The position numbers were made by a program, and so were the translations under genes. From Escherichia coli (GTDB taxonomy: Bacteria; Pseudomonadota; Gammaproteobacteria; Enterobacterales; Enterobacteriaceae): 64,000 bases of DNA. The DNA lies in the NCBI RefSeq assembly GCF_003334305.1, contig NZ_QOWS01000010.1; one strand, 5' to 3'. The notes beneath the pieces were generated by a model. It did no database searches. It saw nothing but the letters and a program-made list of their open reading frames with translations, and had not been told where the DNA came from. This document shows, piece by piece, positions 21,333 to 31,955 of the stretch. The stretch's first letter is position 1. Each line of letters begins with the position of its first letter.

Positions 21333-22553
21333 ATGGCAATGAGTGAACAACCCCAGCCTGTGGCGGGCGCGGCTGCGTCAACGACCAAGGCCCGAACATC
21401 GTTTGGTATTTTAGGTGCTATCAGCCTCTCACATCTGCTGAACGACATGATCCAATCGCTGATTCTGGCGATTTATCCGCTGCTTCAGTCAGAATTTTCT
21501 CTGACATTTATGCAGATTGGCATGATAACCCTCACCTTCCAGCTCGCCTCTTCGCTACTGCAACCAGTGGTCGGCTACTGGACCGATAAATATCCGATGC
21601 CGTGGTCGTTGCCAATTGGCATGTGCTTTACCTTAAGTGGTCTGGTGCTGCTTGCGCTGGCGGGCAGTTTTGGCGCAGTTCTGCTGGCGGCGGCGCTGGT
21701 CGGTACCGGTTCATCGGTCTTTCATCCGGAATCTTCTCGCGTAGCCCGTATGGCTTCCGGCGGGCGGCATGGCCTGGCGCAATCTATCTTTCAGGTCGGC
21801 GGCAACTTTGGCAGTTCCCTGGGACCCTTGCTGGCGGCGGTGATTATCGCGCCTTATGGCAAAGGCAACGTTGCCTGGTTTGTGCTTGCGGCACTGCTGG
21901 CGATCGTGGTGTTGGCGCAAATCAGCCGTTGGTACTCGGCACAGCACCGAATGAATAAAGGAAAACCCAAAGCGACGATTATCAATCCACTGCCGCGCAA
22001 CAAAGTGGTACTGGCAGTCAGCATTCTGTTAATCCTCATTTTCTCGAAATATTTCTATATGGCGAGCATCAGCAGCTATTACACCTTTTATCTGATGCAA
22101 AAATTCGGATTATCTATCCAGAATGCCCAGCTTCATCTGTTTGCCTTCCTGTTTGCCGTTGCGGCAGGTACGGTGATCGGCGGGCCTGTAGGGGATAAAA
22201 TTGGACGGAAATATGTGATTTGGGGCTCTATCCTCGGCGTTGCGCCGTTTACGCTGATTTTACCCTACGCCAGCCTGCACTGGACGGGGGTTTTAACGGT
22301 GATTATTGGATTTATCCTCGCTTCGGCATTCTCTGCCATTCTGGTCTACGCTCAGGAGCTACTTCCGGGACGTATCGGTATGGTTTCTGGACTCTTTTTC
22401 GGTTTTGCTTTTGGCATGGGAGGTCTGGGAGCGGCAGTTCTGGGGCTTATCGCCGATCACACCAGCATCGAGTTAGTCTATAAAATCTGTGCTTTCCTGC
22501 CACTATTGGGGATGTTGACCATATTCCTGCCTGATAACCGGCATAAAGACTGA
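21333..22553 (+). CDS. fsr: MFS transporter (fosmidomycin resistance), 406 aa
   Basis: ORF track; 12-TM MFS profile. Confidence 0.93.
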   Translation: MAMSEQPQPVAGAAASTTKARTSFGILGAISLSHLLNDMIQSLILAIYPLLQSEFSLTFMQIGMITLTFQLASSLLQPVVGYWTDKYPMPWSLPIGMCFTLSGLVLLALAGSFGAVLLAAALVGTGSSVFHPESSRVARMASGGRHGLAQSIFQVGGNFGSSLGPLLAAVIIAPYGKGNVAWFVLAALLAIVVLAQISRWYSAQHRMNKGKPKATIINPLPRNKVVLAVSILLILIFSKYFYMASISSYYTFYLMQKFGLSIQNAQLHLFAFLFAVAAGTVIGGPVGDKIGRKYVIWGSILGVAPFTLILPYASLHWTGVLTVIIGFILASAFSAILVYAQELLPGRIGMVSGLFFGFAFGMGGLGAAVLGLIADHTSIELVYKICAFLPLLGMLTIFLPDNRHKD

Positions 22554-22560
22554 TTTCATT

Positions 22561-22593
22561 GCAGCCAAAGGCAAACTTTGGCTGCATCGTTTT
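22561..22593 (+). terminator. Intrinsic terminator of fsr
   Basis: gcagccaaag-gcaaa-ctttggctgc hairpin followed by atcgtttt. Confidence 0.75.
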
Positions 22594-22790
22594 ACAGTCG
22601 CCATAAGCCTTTCCTCTGTTAAACCGCCTTCTGTTTTCCGATCCGTGCTTTTTTTGCAGCTAATTCCATTTTTCTGCAAAATTCAATAATTATTCATGAA
22701 CATCATCAATGAAATTGTCATAAACTATTACCTGTAATTTTGGTTTTCCCGGCCAAAAATGGACAATAACCACCAGGAAAAGGAGACGGA

Positions 22791-24467
22791 ATGCATCACG
22801 CCACCCCGCTTATCACCACCATTGTTGGCGGCCTTGTGCTCGCCTTTATCCTCGGCATGCTGGCCAATAAACTACGTATTTCTCCTCTGGTGGGATATCT
22901 GTTAGCGGGTGTGCTGGCAGGACCATTCACTCCGGGCTTTGTTGCCGATACCAAGCTTGCGCCGGAACTGGCTGAACTGGGCGTCATTCTGTTGATGTTT
23001 GGCGTCGGTTTGCACTTTTCGCTGAAGGATTTGATGGCGGTAAAGGCCATCGCCATTCCCGGTGCGATCGCCCAGATAGCCGTGGCGACGCTGCTGGGTA
23101 TGGCGCTCTCTGCCGTGCTGGGCTGGTCGTTAATGACCGGTATCGTGTTCGGTTTATGTCTTTCCACCGCCAGTACCGTGGTGTTACTGCGCGCACTTGA
23201 AGAACGGCAATTAATTGACAGTCAGCGTGGGCAAATCGCCATCGGTTGGTTGATTGTGGAAGACCTGGTAATGGTTCTGACGCTGGTGTTGCTGCCCGCA
23301 GTGGCAGGAATGATGGAACAGGGCGATGTGGGCTTTGCCACTCTTGCAGTCGATATGGGGATCACCATCGGCAAAGTGATCGCATTTATCGCCATTATGA
23401 TGCTGGTAGGTCGCCGTCTGGTGCCGTGGATTATGGCACGCAGCGCGGCAACCGGTTCTCGCGAGCTGTTTACCCTGTCGGTGCTGGCGCTGGCGTTAGG
23501 GATTGCCTTTGGTGCGGTAGAGCTGTTTGATGTCTCCTTTGCACTCGGTGCGTTCTTTGCCGGGATGGTACTGAACGAGTCTGAACTGAGTCACCGTGCC
23601 GCCCACGATACGCTGCCATTGCGCGACGCGTTTGCGGTGCTGTTTTTTGTCTCCGTCGGGATGTTGTTTGATCCGTTAATTCTGATTCAGCAACCGCTGG
23701 CAGTGCTGGCGACGCTGGCGATTATTCTGTTTGGTAAGTCGTTAGCCGCATTTTTCCTGGTGCGACTGTTTGGTCACTCCCAACGTACGGCATTAACCAT
23801 CGCCGCCAGCCTGGCGCAGATTGGTGAGTTCGCGTTTATCCTGGCGGGACTGGGAATGGCATTGAATTTACTGCCGCAGGCCGGACAAAACCTGGTACTG
23901 GCAGGGGCGATCCTGTCGATTATGCTCAACCCGGTACTGTTCGCACTACTGGAGAAATATCTGGCGAAGACCGAAACGCTGGAAGAGCAGACGCTGGAAG
24001 AGGCAATCGAAGAAGAGAAGCAGATCCCAGTGGATATTTGCAACCATGCGCTACTGGTGGGTTACGGTCGTGTAGGCAGCCTGCTGGGGGAGAAATTGCT
24101 CGCCTCTGATATTCCGCTGGTGGTGATTGAGACGTCACGAACCCGTGTTGATGAGCTGCGAGAGCGCGGGGTCCGCGCAGTATTGGGCAATGCGGCGAAC
24201 GAAGAAATTATGCAACTGGCGCATCTGGAATGTGCAAAATGGCTGATCCTGACGATTCCCAACGGTTATGAAGCGGGTGAGATTGTGGCGTCTGCCCGCG
24301 CGAAAAACCCGGATATTGAGATTATCGCCCGCGCCCATTATGACGATGAAGTGACGTATATCACCGAACGTGGCGCGAATCAGGTAGTGATGGGTGAACG
24401 TGAAATTGCCCGTACTATGCTGGAATTGCTGGAAACGCCACCGGCAGGTGAGGTGGTGACGGGGTAA
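22791..24467 (+). CDS. ybaL: CPA2-family cation/proton antiporter with C-terminal RCK/TrkA-N domain, 558 aa
   Basis: ORF track; N-terminal multi-TM domain; C-terminal Rossmann GYGRVG. Confidence 0.93.
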   Translation: MHHATPLITTIVGGLVLAFILGMLANKLRISPLVGYLLAGVLAGPFTPGFVADTKLAPELAELGVILLMFGVGLHFSLKDLMAVKAIAIPGAIAQIAVATLLGMALSAVLGWSLMTGIVFGLCLSTASTVVLLRALEERQLIDSQRGQIAIGWLIVEDLVMVLTLVLLPAVAGMMEQGDVGFATLAVDMGITIGKVIAFIAIMMLVGRRLVPWIMARSAATGSRELFTLSVLALALGIAFGAVELFDVSFALGAFFAGMVLNESELSHRAAHDTLPLRDAFAVLFFVSVGMLFDPLILIQQPLAVLATLAIILFGKSLAAFFLVRLFGHSQRTALTIAASLAQIGEFAFILAGLGMALNLLPQAGQNLVLAGAILSIMLNPVLFALLEKYLAKTETLEEQTLEEAIEEEKQIPVDICNHALLVGYGRVGSLLGEKLLASDIPLVVIETSRTRVDELRERGVRAVLGNAANEEIMQLAHLECAKWLILTIPNGYEAGEIVASARAKNPDIEIIARAHYDDEVTYITERGANQVVMGEREIARTMLELLETPPAGEVVTG

Positions 24468-24481
24468 AACAAGACGTTATT

Positions 24482-24518
24482 GCCGGATGCGATGCTAGCG
24501 CATCTTATCCGGCCTACG
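24482..24518. repeat. REP unit
   Basis: gccggatgcgatgctagcgcatcttatccggcctacg between convergent ybaL and gsk. Confidence 0.85.
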
Positions 24519-24549
24519 GATGCCATCGTCGTCCGGTCTGGTCGATAAC

Positions 24550-25854
24550 TTAACGATCCCAGTAAGACTCTTCCAGGCTGTCTTCACGCTCCGGCAAGCC
24601 GCGCGTTAAACGAGGTGAATGCTGGTTCAGTACCTGATAGCTCACACGGTTAGCATATTTACACACCTGCGCTAACGATGAATAAGTTAACCAGGTGAAT
24701 TTATGTTTGCTGGAGTTTGGTACGTTGCTACGATGGTAGCTGTTGGCGGTAATGTCATGCAGCAACGCTGCCAATGCGCCATCCCCCGCTCCATTAGTGT
24801 TCATGATTTTTTCCGTCCCGCCCATGTACGGCGCAATGTGCGAATATACACGCAGCGGATTCTGGCAATCCTTGTGGCGCATGGCGCGGCTAAACTCATA
24901 CTGGTTGAATTCCGCTATAGCGCCCGGCAGCAGCGGATGCTGGGTTTTACGTTTCGCTTCGTCTTCGGTAAAGCCCGCCATATACAAGCCGATTGGCCCG
25001 GCGGTGCACAGCACCAGATCTACCCAGTCCAGCGCCTTGTCAGATGCCAACAACGGATCGCTTTCTCCGGTCAACGCTTCGGCTTCATCTTCGTTCATCG
25101 CAAGGATAGAGACGTGGTCTTTGAGGAATTGCTGCCACCACTGCGGATTCTCGGCAATGACAAACTTAGTTCCCAGCGTCAGCACCACCGGTACGTTATA
25201 TTTCTTCGCGTACTCAATGGCTTTCATGGTTGCTTCCGGCATGGGTTCACCCGGCTTGCAACGCACCAGATAAGAGGTGAGAACCAGAGCCGAGGCTCCG
25301 GCAATCACATCTTCCGGAATACTTTCAGCCCGCAGCTGGTTCATGTGGCCAGGGCTGATAGCAAAGGTACGTTCCCCGGACTCGCCAATCAGCGTAAAGC
25401 AACGACCAATCGGGCCATCCACGCCTTGTAGATAGTTAAGATCGGTACGGCTGGAGGTGTTACACAGGTAACGATAGGCATAGCTGCCAATTTCAATATT
25501 GCTGCACATGACGCCCAGCAGCACCGAACGGTCGTCCGCGAGCACCGAGTAGTTATGCATGGTGTTACCAATGGTGCCACCCGCAAACTGATGGGTAATC
25601 AGGTTTTTCTGTTTTAGTTCCTGATAAAGCGCTTCGGCTACATCATCCTCAATCACCAGTGAATGCCCGGCGCTTAATCCATAACGCTCAATGAATTCAT
25701 CATCCACTTTCGCTTCAATATCGACCAGCGTCTGGTCAATACCTACGACCCAGGCGGCGCTGGTTTCGTTTTCTGGCTGGAATTGCTGAAGCAGCGGATC
25801 GCGTGCATTTACAGGGAAGTAATGTTTGGATTTACGTTTACCGGGAAATTTCAT
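24550..25854 (-). CDS. gsk: Inosine-guanosine kinase, 434 aa
   Basis: ORF track; PfkB-family carbohydrate kinase; recognised Gsk sequence. Confidence 0.95.
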   Translation of the reverse strand: MKFPGKRKSKHYFPVNARDPLLQQFQPENETSAAWVVGIDQTLVDIEAKVDDEFIERYGLSAGHSLVIEDDVAEALYQELKQKNLITHQFAGGTIGNTMHNYSVLADDRSVLLGVMCSNIEIGSYAYRYLCNTSSRTDLNYLQGVDGPIGRCFTLIGESGERTFAISPGHMNQLRAESIPEDVIAGASALVLTSYLVRCKPGEPMPEATMKAIEYAKKYNVPVVLTLGTKFVIAENPQWWQQFLKDHVSILAMNEDEAEALTGESDPLLASDKALDWVDLVLCTAGPIGLYMAGFTEDEAKRKTQHPLLPGAIAEFNQYEFSRAMRHKDCQNPLRVYSHIAPYMGGTEKIMNTNGAGDGALAALLHDITANSYHRSNVPNSSKHKFTWLTYSSLAQVCKYANRVSYQVLNQHSPRLTRGLPEREDSLEESYWDR

Positions 25855-26005
25855 GGTTGTTTTTACGGGTGGTTAACTGAGCGGCGAATGTTAACACAAT
25901 CTGACGGGAGCGCGCGAGACGCAGCCAGTTTCAATATCAGCAGGCGGGATCGCATTTTCATGGCAGTGGTTCCTTACAATGACGTAATTTGAAAGGAGTT
26001 TTTGT

Positions 26006-26965
26006 ATGAAGCCGGAAAACAAACTACCTGTTCTGGACCTTATTTCTGCTGAAATGAAGACCGTTGTGAATACTCTTCAGCCGGATTTACCGTCCTGGCC
26101 CGCAACGGGAACGATTGCTGAGCAACGACAGTATTACACGCTTGAGCGCCGATTCTGGAATGCGGGCGCTCCAGAAATGGCAACCAGAGCTTACATGGTT
26201 CCAACAAAATATGGGCAGGTGGAAACACGTCTCTTTTGTCCGCAGCCAGATAGCCCGGCGACGCTATTTTATTTGCATGGAGGCGGTTTTATTCTCGGCA
26301 ATCTCGATACCCACGATCGCATCATGCGCCTGCTGGCAAGCTACAGCCAATGTACGGTGATTGGTATTGATTACCCCCTTTCACCTGAAGCGCGTTTTCT
26401 GCAAGCGATAGAGGAAATTGTGGCTGCTTGTTGTTATTTCCACCAGCAGGCGGAGGATTATCAAATCAATATGTCCCGCATTGGCTTTGCCGGTGATTCC
26501 GCAGGTGCCATGCTGGCGCTCGCCAGTGCGTTGTGGTTGCGTGATAAACAGATCGATTGCGGTAAAATTGCGGGTGTTTTGCTGTGGTATGGGCTTTACG
26601 GATTACGGGATTCCGTGACTCGTCGTCTGTTGGGCGGTGTCTGGGATGGCTTAACGCAACAGGATTTGCAGATGTATGAAGAGGCGTATTTAAGCAACGA
26701 CGCGGACCGCGAGTCACCGTATTACTGTCTGTTTAATAATGATCTCACTCGCGAAGTTCCGCCCTGTTTTATTGCCGGGGCGGAGTTCGATCCGCTGCTG
26801 GATGACAGCCGTCTGCTTTACCAGACGTTAGCGGCGCATCAGCAGCCCTGTGAGTTCAAACTCTACCCAGGTACGCTGCATGCCTTTTTGCATTATTCAC
26901 GAATGATGAAAACCGCCGACGAGGCTCTTCGCGACGGCGCTCAGTTCTTTACCGCTCAGCTTTAG
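26006..26965 (+). CDS. aes: Acetyl esterase (alpha/beta hydrolase, HSL family), 319 aa
   Basis: ORF track; HGGGF oxyanion motif, GDSAG nucleophile motif. Confidence 0.95.
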   Translation: MKPENKLPVLDLISAEMKTVVNTLQPDLPSWPATGTIAEQRQYYTLERRFWNAGAPEMATRAYMVPTKYGQVETRLFCPQPDSPATLFYLHGGGFILGNLDTHDRIMRLLASYSQCTVIGIDYPLSPEARFLQAIEEIVAACCYFHQQAEDYQINMSRIGFAGDSAGAMLALASALWLRDKQIDCGKIAGVLLWYGLYGLRDSVTRRLLGGVWDGLTQQDLQMYEEAYLSNDADRESPYYCLFNNDLTREVPPCFIAGAEFDPLLDDSRLLYQTLAAHQQPCEFKLYPGTLHAFLHYSRMMKTADEALRDGAQFFTAQL

Positions 26966-27924
26966 CGATACGCGGCAACAAGATTAGCCATCATTTCGAT
27001 ATGTTCCGGCGTGGCATTAAGCGCTGGAATATATTCATATTTTTTCCCGCCGGCACCGAGGAAGACCTCACGGTTTTGCTCGGCAATCTCTTCCAGCGTC
27101 TCCAGACAATCCGCAGCAAAGCCCGGGCACATCACCTGTATATGACCTACGCCTTTTTCTCCGAGCATTTTCAGCGTTTCGTCGGTATAAGGCATCAGCC
27201 AGGGTTCCCGGCCAAAGCGCGACTGAAAGGTCATCATCACTTTTTCCGGTGCCATCCCCAGTGCGGAAGCCAGTTCGCGAGTCGTTGTGCGGCAACGTTG
27301 CGGGTAATCATCGCCTTCATCTGCATAACGCTGGGGAATGCCATGATAAGAGAGCAGCAGCAGATCCGGTTCGCCATGTTTGGCAAAAGAAGCGCGTACG
27401 CTGTTCGCCAGTGCATTAATGTAATCGTGGTTATCGGCGTAATCACGAATAAACGATATCCCCGGAATGCTACGTTTGCGCGCCAGAATGCGTGCCAGTT
27501 CATCCCATACCGCACCGACCGTAGAACAGGAGAATTGCGGATAAAGCGGCAGCACCACAATATGATCTACATGCTCTGCCAGGAGTTCATCGACGGCGCT
27601 TTCCAGTGATGGCGAGCCGTAGCTCATGCCCAGCGCTACGGGCGTATCCGGTAAACGTTGTGCCAACGCCTGCTGTTGCTGGCGGCTGTAAACCATCAGC
27701 GGCGAGCCGTCTTCCATCCAGACCGAGGCGTACAGCTTCGCCACACGCGGCGAGCGCAGCGGCAAAATCACGCCGCGCAGCAACGGCCACCATAACAACC
27801 GTGAGGTATCAACCACGCGTCTGTCGCTTAAAAATTGTTTCAGATAGCGTTTTACCGCTTCAGGTGTGGGGGCATCGGGCGTACCCAGGTTTGCCAGCAG
27901 GATACCGGTTTTAGTCTGACGCAT
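26962..27924 (-). CDS. hemH: Ferrochelatase, 320 aa
   Basis: ORF track; recognised HemH sequence; 3' end overlaps aes 3' end by 4 nt. Confidence 0.96.
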   Translation of the reverse strand: MRQTKTGILLANLGTPDAPTPEAVKRYLKQFLSDRRVVDTSRLLWWPLLRGVILPLRSPRVAKLYASVWMEDGSPLMVYSRQQQQALAQRLPDTPVALGMSYGSPSLESAVDELLAEHVDHIVVLPLYPQFSCSTVGAVWDELARILARKRSIPGISFIRDYADNHDYINALANSVRASFAKHGEPDLLLLSYHGIPQRYADEGDDYPQRCRTTTRELASALGMAPEKVMMTFQSRFGREPWLMPYTDETLKMLGEKGVGHIQVMCPGFAADCLETLEEIAEQNREVFLGAGGKKYEYIPALNATPEHIEMMANLVAAYR

Positions 27925-28040
27925 TACCGCCTCTTATCGATTCAACTTGTTGATAATTGTAGCGGAAAAGTGAGGAAGAAGAACTAATTGCTGTGAGAGG
28001 TCAAATCAGAAAAAGGAATAGCGCAGATTGAGGTTTTTGT

Positions 28041-28066
28041 AAAAGGCCGAATGAATATCCGGCCTG
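28041..28066 (-). terminator. Probable adk intrinsic terminator
   Basis: Reverse strand AGGCCGG-atattcat-TCGGCCT followed by TTT; about 95 nt downstream of the adk stop. Confidence 0.5.
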
Positions 28067-28088
28067 AGATTGCTGATAAGTTTGCTTG

Positions 28089-28150
28089 TGCGGGCCTGTT
28101 CCCCTCACCCTAACCCTCTCCCCGAGGGGGCGAGGGGACTGTCCGTGCGC
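28089..28150. repeat. GC-rich imperfect palindromic intergenic element (BoxC-like)
   Basis: gcgggcctgttcccctcaccctaaccctctccccgagggggcgaggggactgtccgtgcgcgc; ccctctcccc / ggggcgaggg form a 10-bp inverted repeat with one mismatch; directly 3' of the adk stop. Confidence 0.5.
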
Positions 28151-28159
28151 GCTTTCGAA

Positions 28160-28876
<717 letters not shown>

Positions 28877-28952
28877 TCAAGAAAGGCACCTGAGGCTGAA
28901 ACGGTTAATGGCGAGATAATTTGCGGAAAGTGCAGATGATGAAAAGAAAAAT

Positions 28953-28978
28953 GCCGGATGACACAAAGGTCATCCGGC
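28953..28978 (-). terminator. Intrinsic terminator of htpG
   Basis: Reverse strand gccggatgac-ctttgt-gtcatccggc followed by ATTTTTCTTTTC. Confidence 0.8.
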
Positions 28979-28984
28979 ATGACA

Positions 28985-30859
28985 TCAGGAAACCAGCAGC
29001 TGGTTCATACGACGAATAAACAGGTTCGGATCTTCCAGCGTGCCGCGTTCTGCCAGCAGCGCCTGATCCAGCAGCAGTTCTACCCACTCGCTGAACTTCG
29101 CTTCATCTTCAGTATCTGCCGCACGTTTCACCAGTACGTGATCCGGGTTCAGTTCGAAGATGTATTTCACTTCTGGCACTTTCTGGCCCGCCGCAGCGAA
29201 CAGTTTCGCCATCTGAGTGCTCATTTCGTCCGCGTCGGTCGAAACGATCGCTGGCGTATCGGTCAGACGGTGAGTCAGACGGACATCTTTCACGCGCTCG
29301 CCGAGCAGGGCTTTCACACGGTCGATGAACGGAGTCAGTGCTTTCTCCGCTTCTTTCGCGCTCTCATCAACTTCGTCAGCCAGTTTTTCCAGCGACTCGT
29401 CAACTTTAGACACCGACTGGAACGGTTTACCGTCGAACTCAGTCAGATAGTTCATCATCCACTCATCGATGCGGTCGGAAAGCAGCAGAACTTCGATGCC
29501 TTTCTTACGCAGCAGTTCCAGGTGTGGGCTGCTCTTCGCTGCCGCATAGCTGTCTGCAGTGATGTAGTAGATTTTCTCCTGCCCTTCTTTCATGCGGGAA
29601 ACGTAGTCTTCCAGAGACACGGTCTGCGCAGAAGAATCGGTATAAGTAGAAGCAAAACGCAGCAGTTTGGCGATCGCTTCCTGGTTAGCGAAATCTTCCG
29701 CCGGACCTTCTTTCAGTACCAGGCCAAACTGTTGCCAGAAGGTCTGGTATTTTTCCGCGTCGTCTTTCGCCAGTTTTTCCAGCATTTGCAGCACACGCTT
29801 GGTCAGCGCATTGCGCAGGTTACGCGTTACCGTGCTGTCCTGGAGGATTTCACGGGAAACGTTCAGCGGCAGATCGCTGGAGTCAATCAGACCACGCACG
29901 AAGCGCAGATAGTTCGGCATGAACTGTTCTGCGTCGTCCATGATGAACACACGCTGGACGTACAGTTTCAGGCCGTGTTTATGATCACGGTTCCACATAT
30001 CCCACGGAGCCTGGGACGGGATGTACAGCAGGCTGGTGTACTCCTGCTTACCTTCAACGCGGTTGTGGCTCCAGGTCAGCGGATCATTAAAGTCGTGGGC
30101 GATGTGTTTGTAGAACTCTTTGTACTCTTCATCGGTGATTTCCGACTTGTTACGAGTCCACAGCGCCTGCGCTTTGTTGATTTTCTCCCAGGAGATAACG
30201 GTTTCGCCGTCTTTCTCTTCGCGTTTTTCGATCTCTACCGGCAGCGCGATATGGTCGGAGTATTTGCTGATGATGGAACGCACGCGCCAGTCATCGAGGA
30301 ACTCGTCTTCGCCTTCACGCAGATGCAGGGTGATTTCAGTACCACGATCTTCTTTGGTGATGTCGGCAACGGTATATTCACCTTCGCCAGCCGATTCCCA
30401 GAAGACGCCGTTTTCTGGTTTTTCGCCTGCCGCGCGAGTACGCACGGTCACTTTGTCGGCCACGATAAACGCAGAGTAGAAACCAACACCAAACTGACCG
30501 ATCAGCTGGCTGTCTTTCGCCTGGTCAGAACCCAGGGATTCGAGGAATGATTTGGTACCGGATTTAGCGATAGTCCCCAGATGGTCAATCACTTCGTCGC
30601 GGGTCATCCCCACGCCGTTATCGGAGATGGTCAGCGTGCGCTTGTCTTTATCGAAAGAGACACGAACGCGCAGTTCGCCATCACCTTCGTACAGGTCCGG
30701 GTTAGATAGCGCACGGAAACGCAGCTTGTCCGCCGCATCGGAGGCGTTAGAGATAAGCTCACGCAGGAAGATTTCTTTATTGGAATAGAGAGAATGGATC
30801 ATCAGGTGCAGAAGCTGTTTCACTTCTGACTGAAAACCACGAGTTTCTTGTCCTTTCAT
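28985..30859 (-). CDS. htpG: Hsp90-family molecular chaperone, 624 aa
   Basis: ORF track; GHKL ATPase N-domain (ELISNASDA); recognised HtpG sequence. Confidence 0.98.
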   Translation of the reverse strand: MKGQETRGFQSEVKQLLHLMIHSLYSNKEIFLRELISNASDAADKLRFRALSNPDLYEGDGELRVRVSFDKDKRTLTISDNGVGMTRDEVIDHLGTIAKSGTKSFLESLGSDQAKDSQLIGQFGVGFYSAFIVADKVTVRTRAAGEKPENGVFWESAGEGEYTVADITKEDRGTEITLHLREGEDEFLDDWRVRSIISKYSDHIALPVEIEKREEKDGETVISWEKINKAQALWTRNKSEITDEEYKEFYKHIAHDFNDPLTWSHNRVEGKQEYTSLLYIPSQAPWDMWNRDHKHGLKLYVQRVFIMDDAEQFMPNYLRFVRGLIDSSDLPLNVSREILQDSTVTRNLRNALTKRVLQMLEKLAKDDAEKYQTFWQQFGLVLKEGPAEDFANQEAIAKLLRFASTYTDSSAQTVSLEDYVSRMKEGQEKIYYITADSYAAAKSSPHLELLRKKGIEVLLLSDRIDEWMMNYLTEFDGKPFQSVSKVDESLEKLADEVDESAKEAEKALTPFIDRVKALLGERVKDVRLTHRLTDTPAIVSTDADEMSTQMAKLFAAAGQKVPEVKYIFELNPDHVLVKRAADTEDEAKFSEWVELLLDQALLAERGTLEDPNLFIRRMNQLLVS

Positions 30860-30910
30860 GTAGGTCTACCTCAATAATGCCATTTTAAGGTTAAAAACAG
30901 GATGAGGGAG

Positions 30911-30939
30911 AGATGGGGACAAGGGAGAATAATTTCAAG
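30911..30939 (-). promoter_or_regulatory. sigma-32 heat-shock promoter of htpG
   Basis: Reverse strand CTTGAAA (30933-30939) - 14 nt - CCCCATCT (30911-30918), matching the sigma-32 consensus CTTGAAA/CCCCATnT. Confidence 0.8.
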
Positions 30940-30963
30940 CGAGAGCAGGTGATCCTGCTCTCG
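30939..30963 (-). terminator. Probable recR terminator
   Basis: gcgagagcagg-tgatc-ctgctctcg hairpin immediately 3' of the recR stop, followed on the reverse strand by TTGAAATTATT. Confidence 0.6.
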
Positions 30964-30968
30964 TTTGC

Positions 30969-31573
30969 TTAAAAACGAATCTTATGACGCCCGGCAAGGG
31001 AGTGTGACAGCGTGGTGCCATCGACCATTTCCAGTTCGCCGCCAACCGGTACGCCATGAGCGATTCGGCTGGCTTCCACGTCATATTGCGCGCAAAGCTC
31101 GGCAATGTAGTTAGCGGTAGCTTCACCTTCAACCGTGGGATTGGTGGCGAGGATCACTTCAGTGATTTTTTCCTCTGCCAGACGCTGTTCCAGACGATCA
31201 AGGCCGATATCATCCGGACCGATGCCGTCCAGCGGTGACAGGTGCCCCATCAACACAAAATAACGGCCTGAAAACTGCCCCGTCTGCTCAATGGCGTAGA
31301 TGTCCGCCGGACTCTCCACCACACAGATTTGACCGTTTTCCTGACGACGCGGATTCGAACAGATGTTACAGACTTCCTGTTCGGTGAAAGTGCGGCAATC
31401 GGCGCAGTGGCCGATTTCCGACATCGCCCGGGTGAGCGCCTGCGCCAGACGCATCCCGCCGCTACGATCGCGCTGAAGCAGCGTGAACGCCATACGCTGC
31501 GCCGACTTCGGGCCAACGCCCGGCAGACAGCGCAGTGCTTCCATAAGCTGTGTTAACAGCGGGCTGGTTTGCA

Positions 31574-31574
<1 letters not shown>
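30969..31574 (-). CDS. recR: Recombination protein RecR, 201 aa
   Basis: ORF track; C4 zinc finger (CxxC...CxxC), Toprim domain. Confidence 0.97.
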
Positions 31575-31918
<344 letters not shown>

Positions 31919-31955
31919 TCACGTTAAGGATGACGAACGTAAGCTGTGCTTACGT

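Noticed and set aside
24703-25431. Other long antisense shadow ORFs: antisense to gsk (24703..25431), cnoX (8072..8872), copA (16718..17365), ushA (20084..20740), acrA (40423..41070), acrB (43001..43702), ybaB/dnaX (31569..32144), mscK (36448..36774), htpG/recR region (31056..31238) and similar
   Set aside because: Each is fully embedded in a well-supported gene on the opposite strand and has no recognisable domain or start signal.
28958-30550. 530-aa forward-strand ORF antisense to htpG
   Set aside because: It lies entirely within htpG on the opposite strand. Highly expressed genes avoid the sense codons TTA/CTA/TCA whose complements are stop codons, which leaves long open antisense frames. 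The translation is Phe/Arg/Val-rich nonsense with no motif and no SD-like start context. Only Ribo-seq could overturn this.
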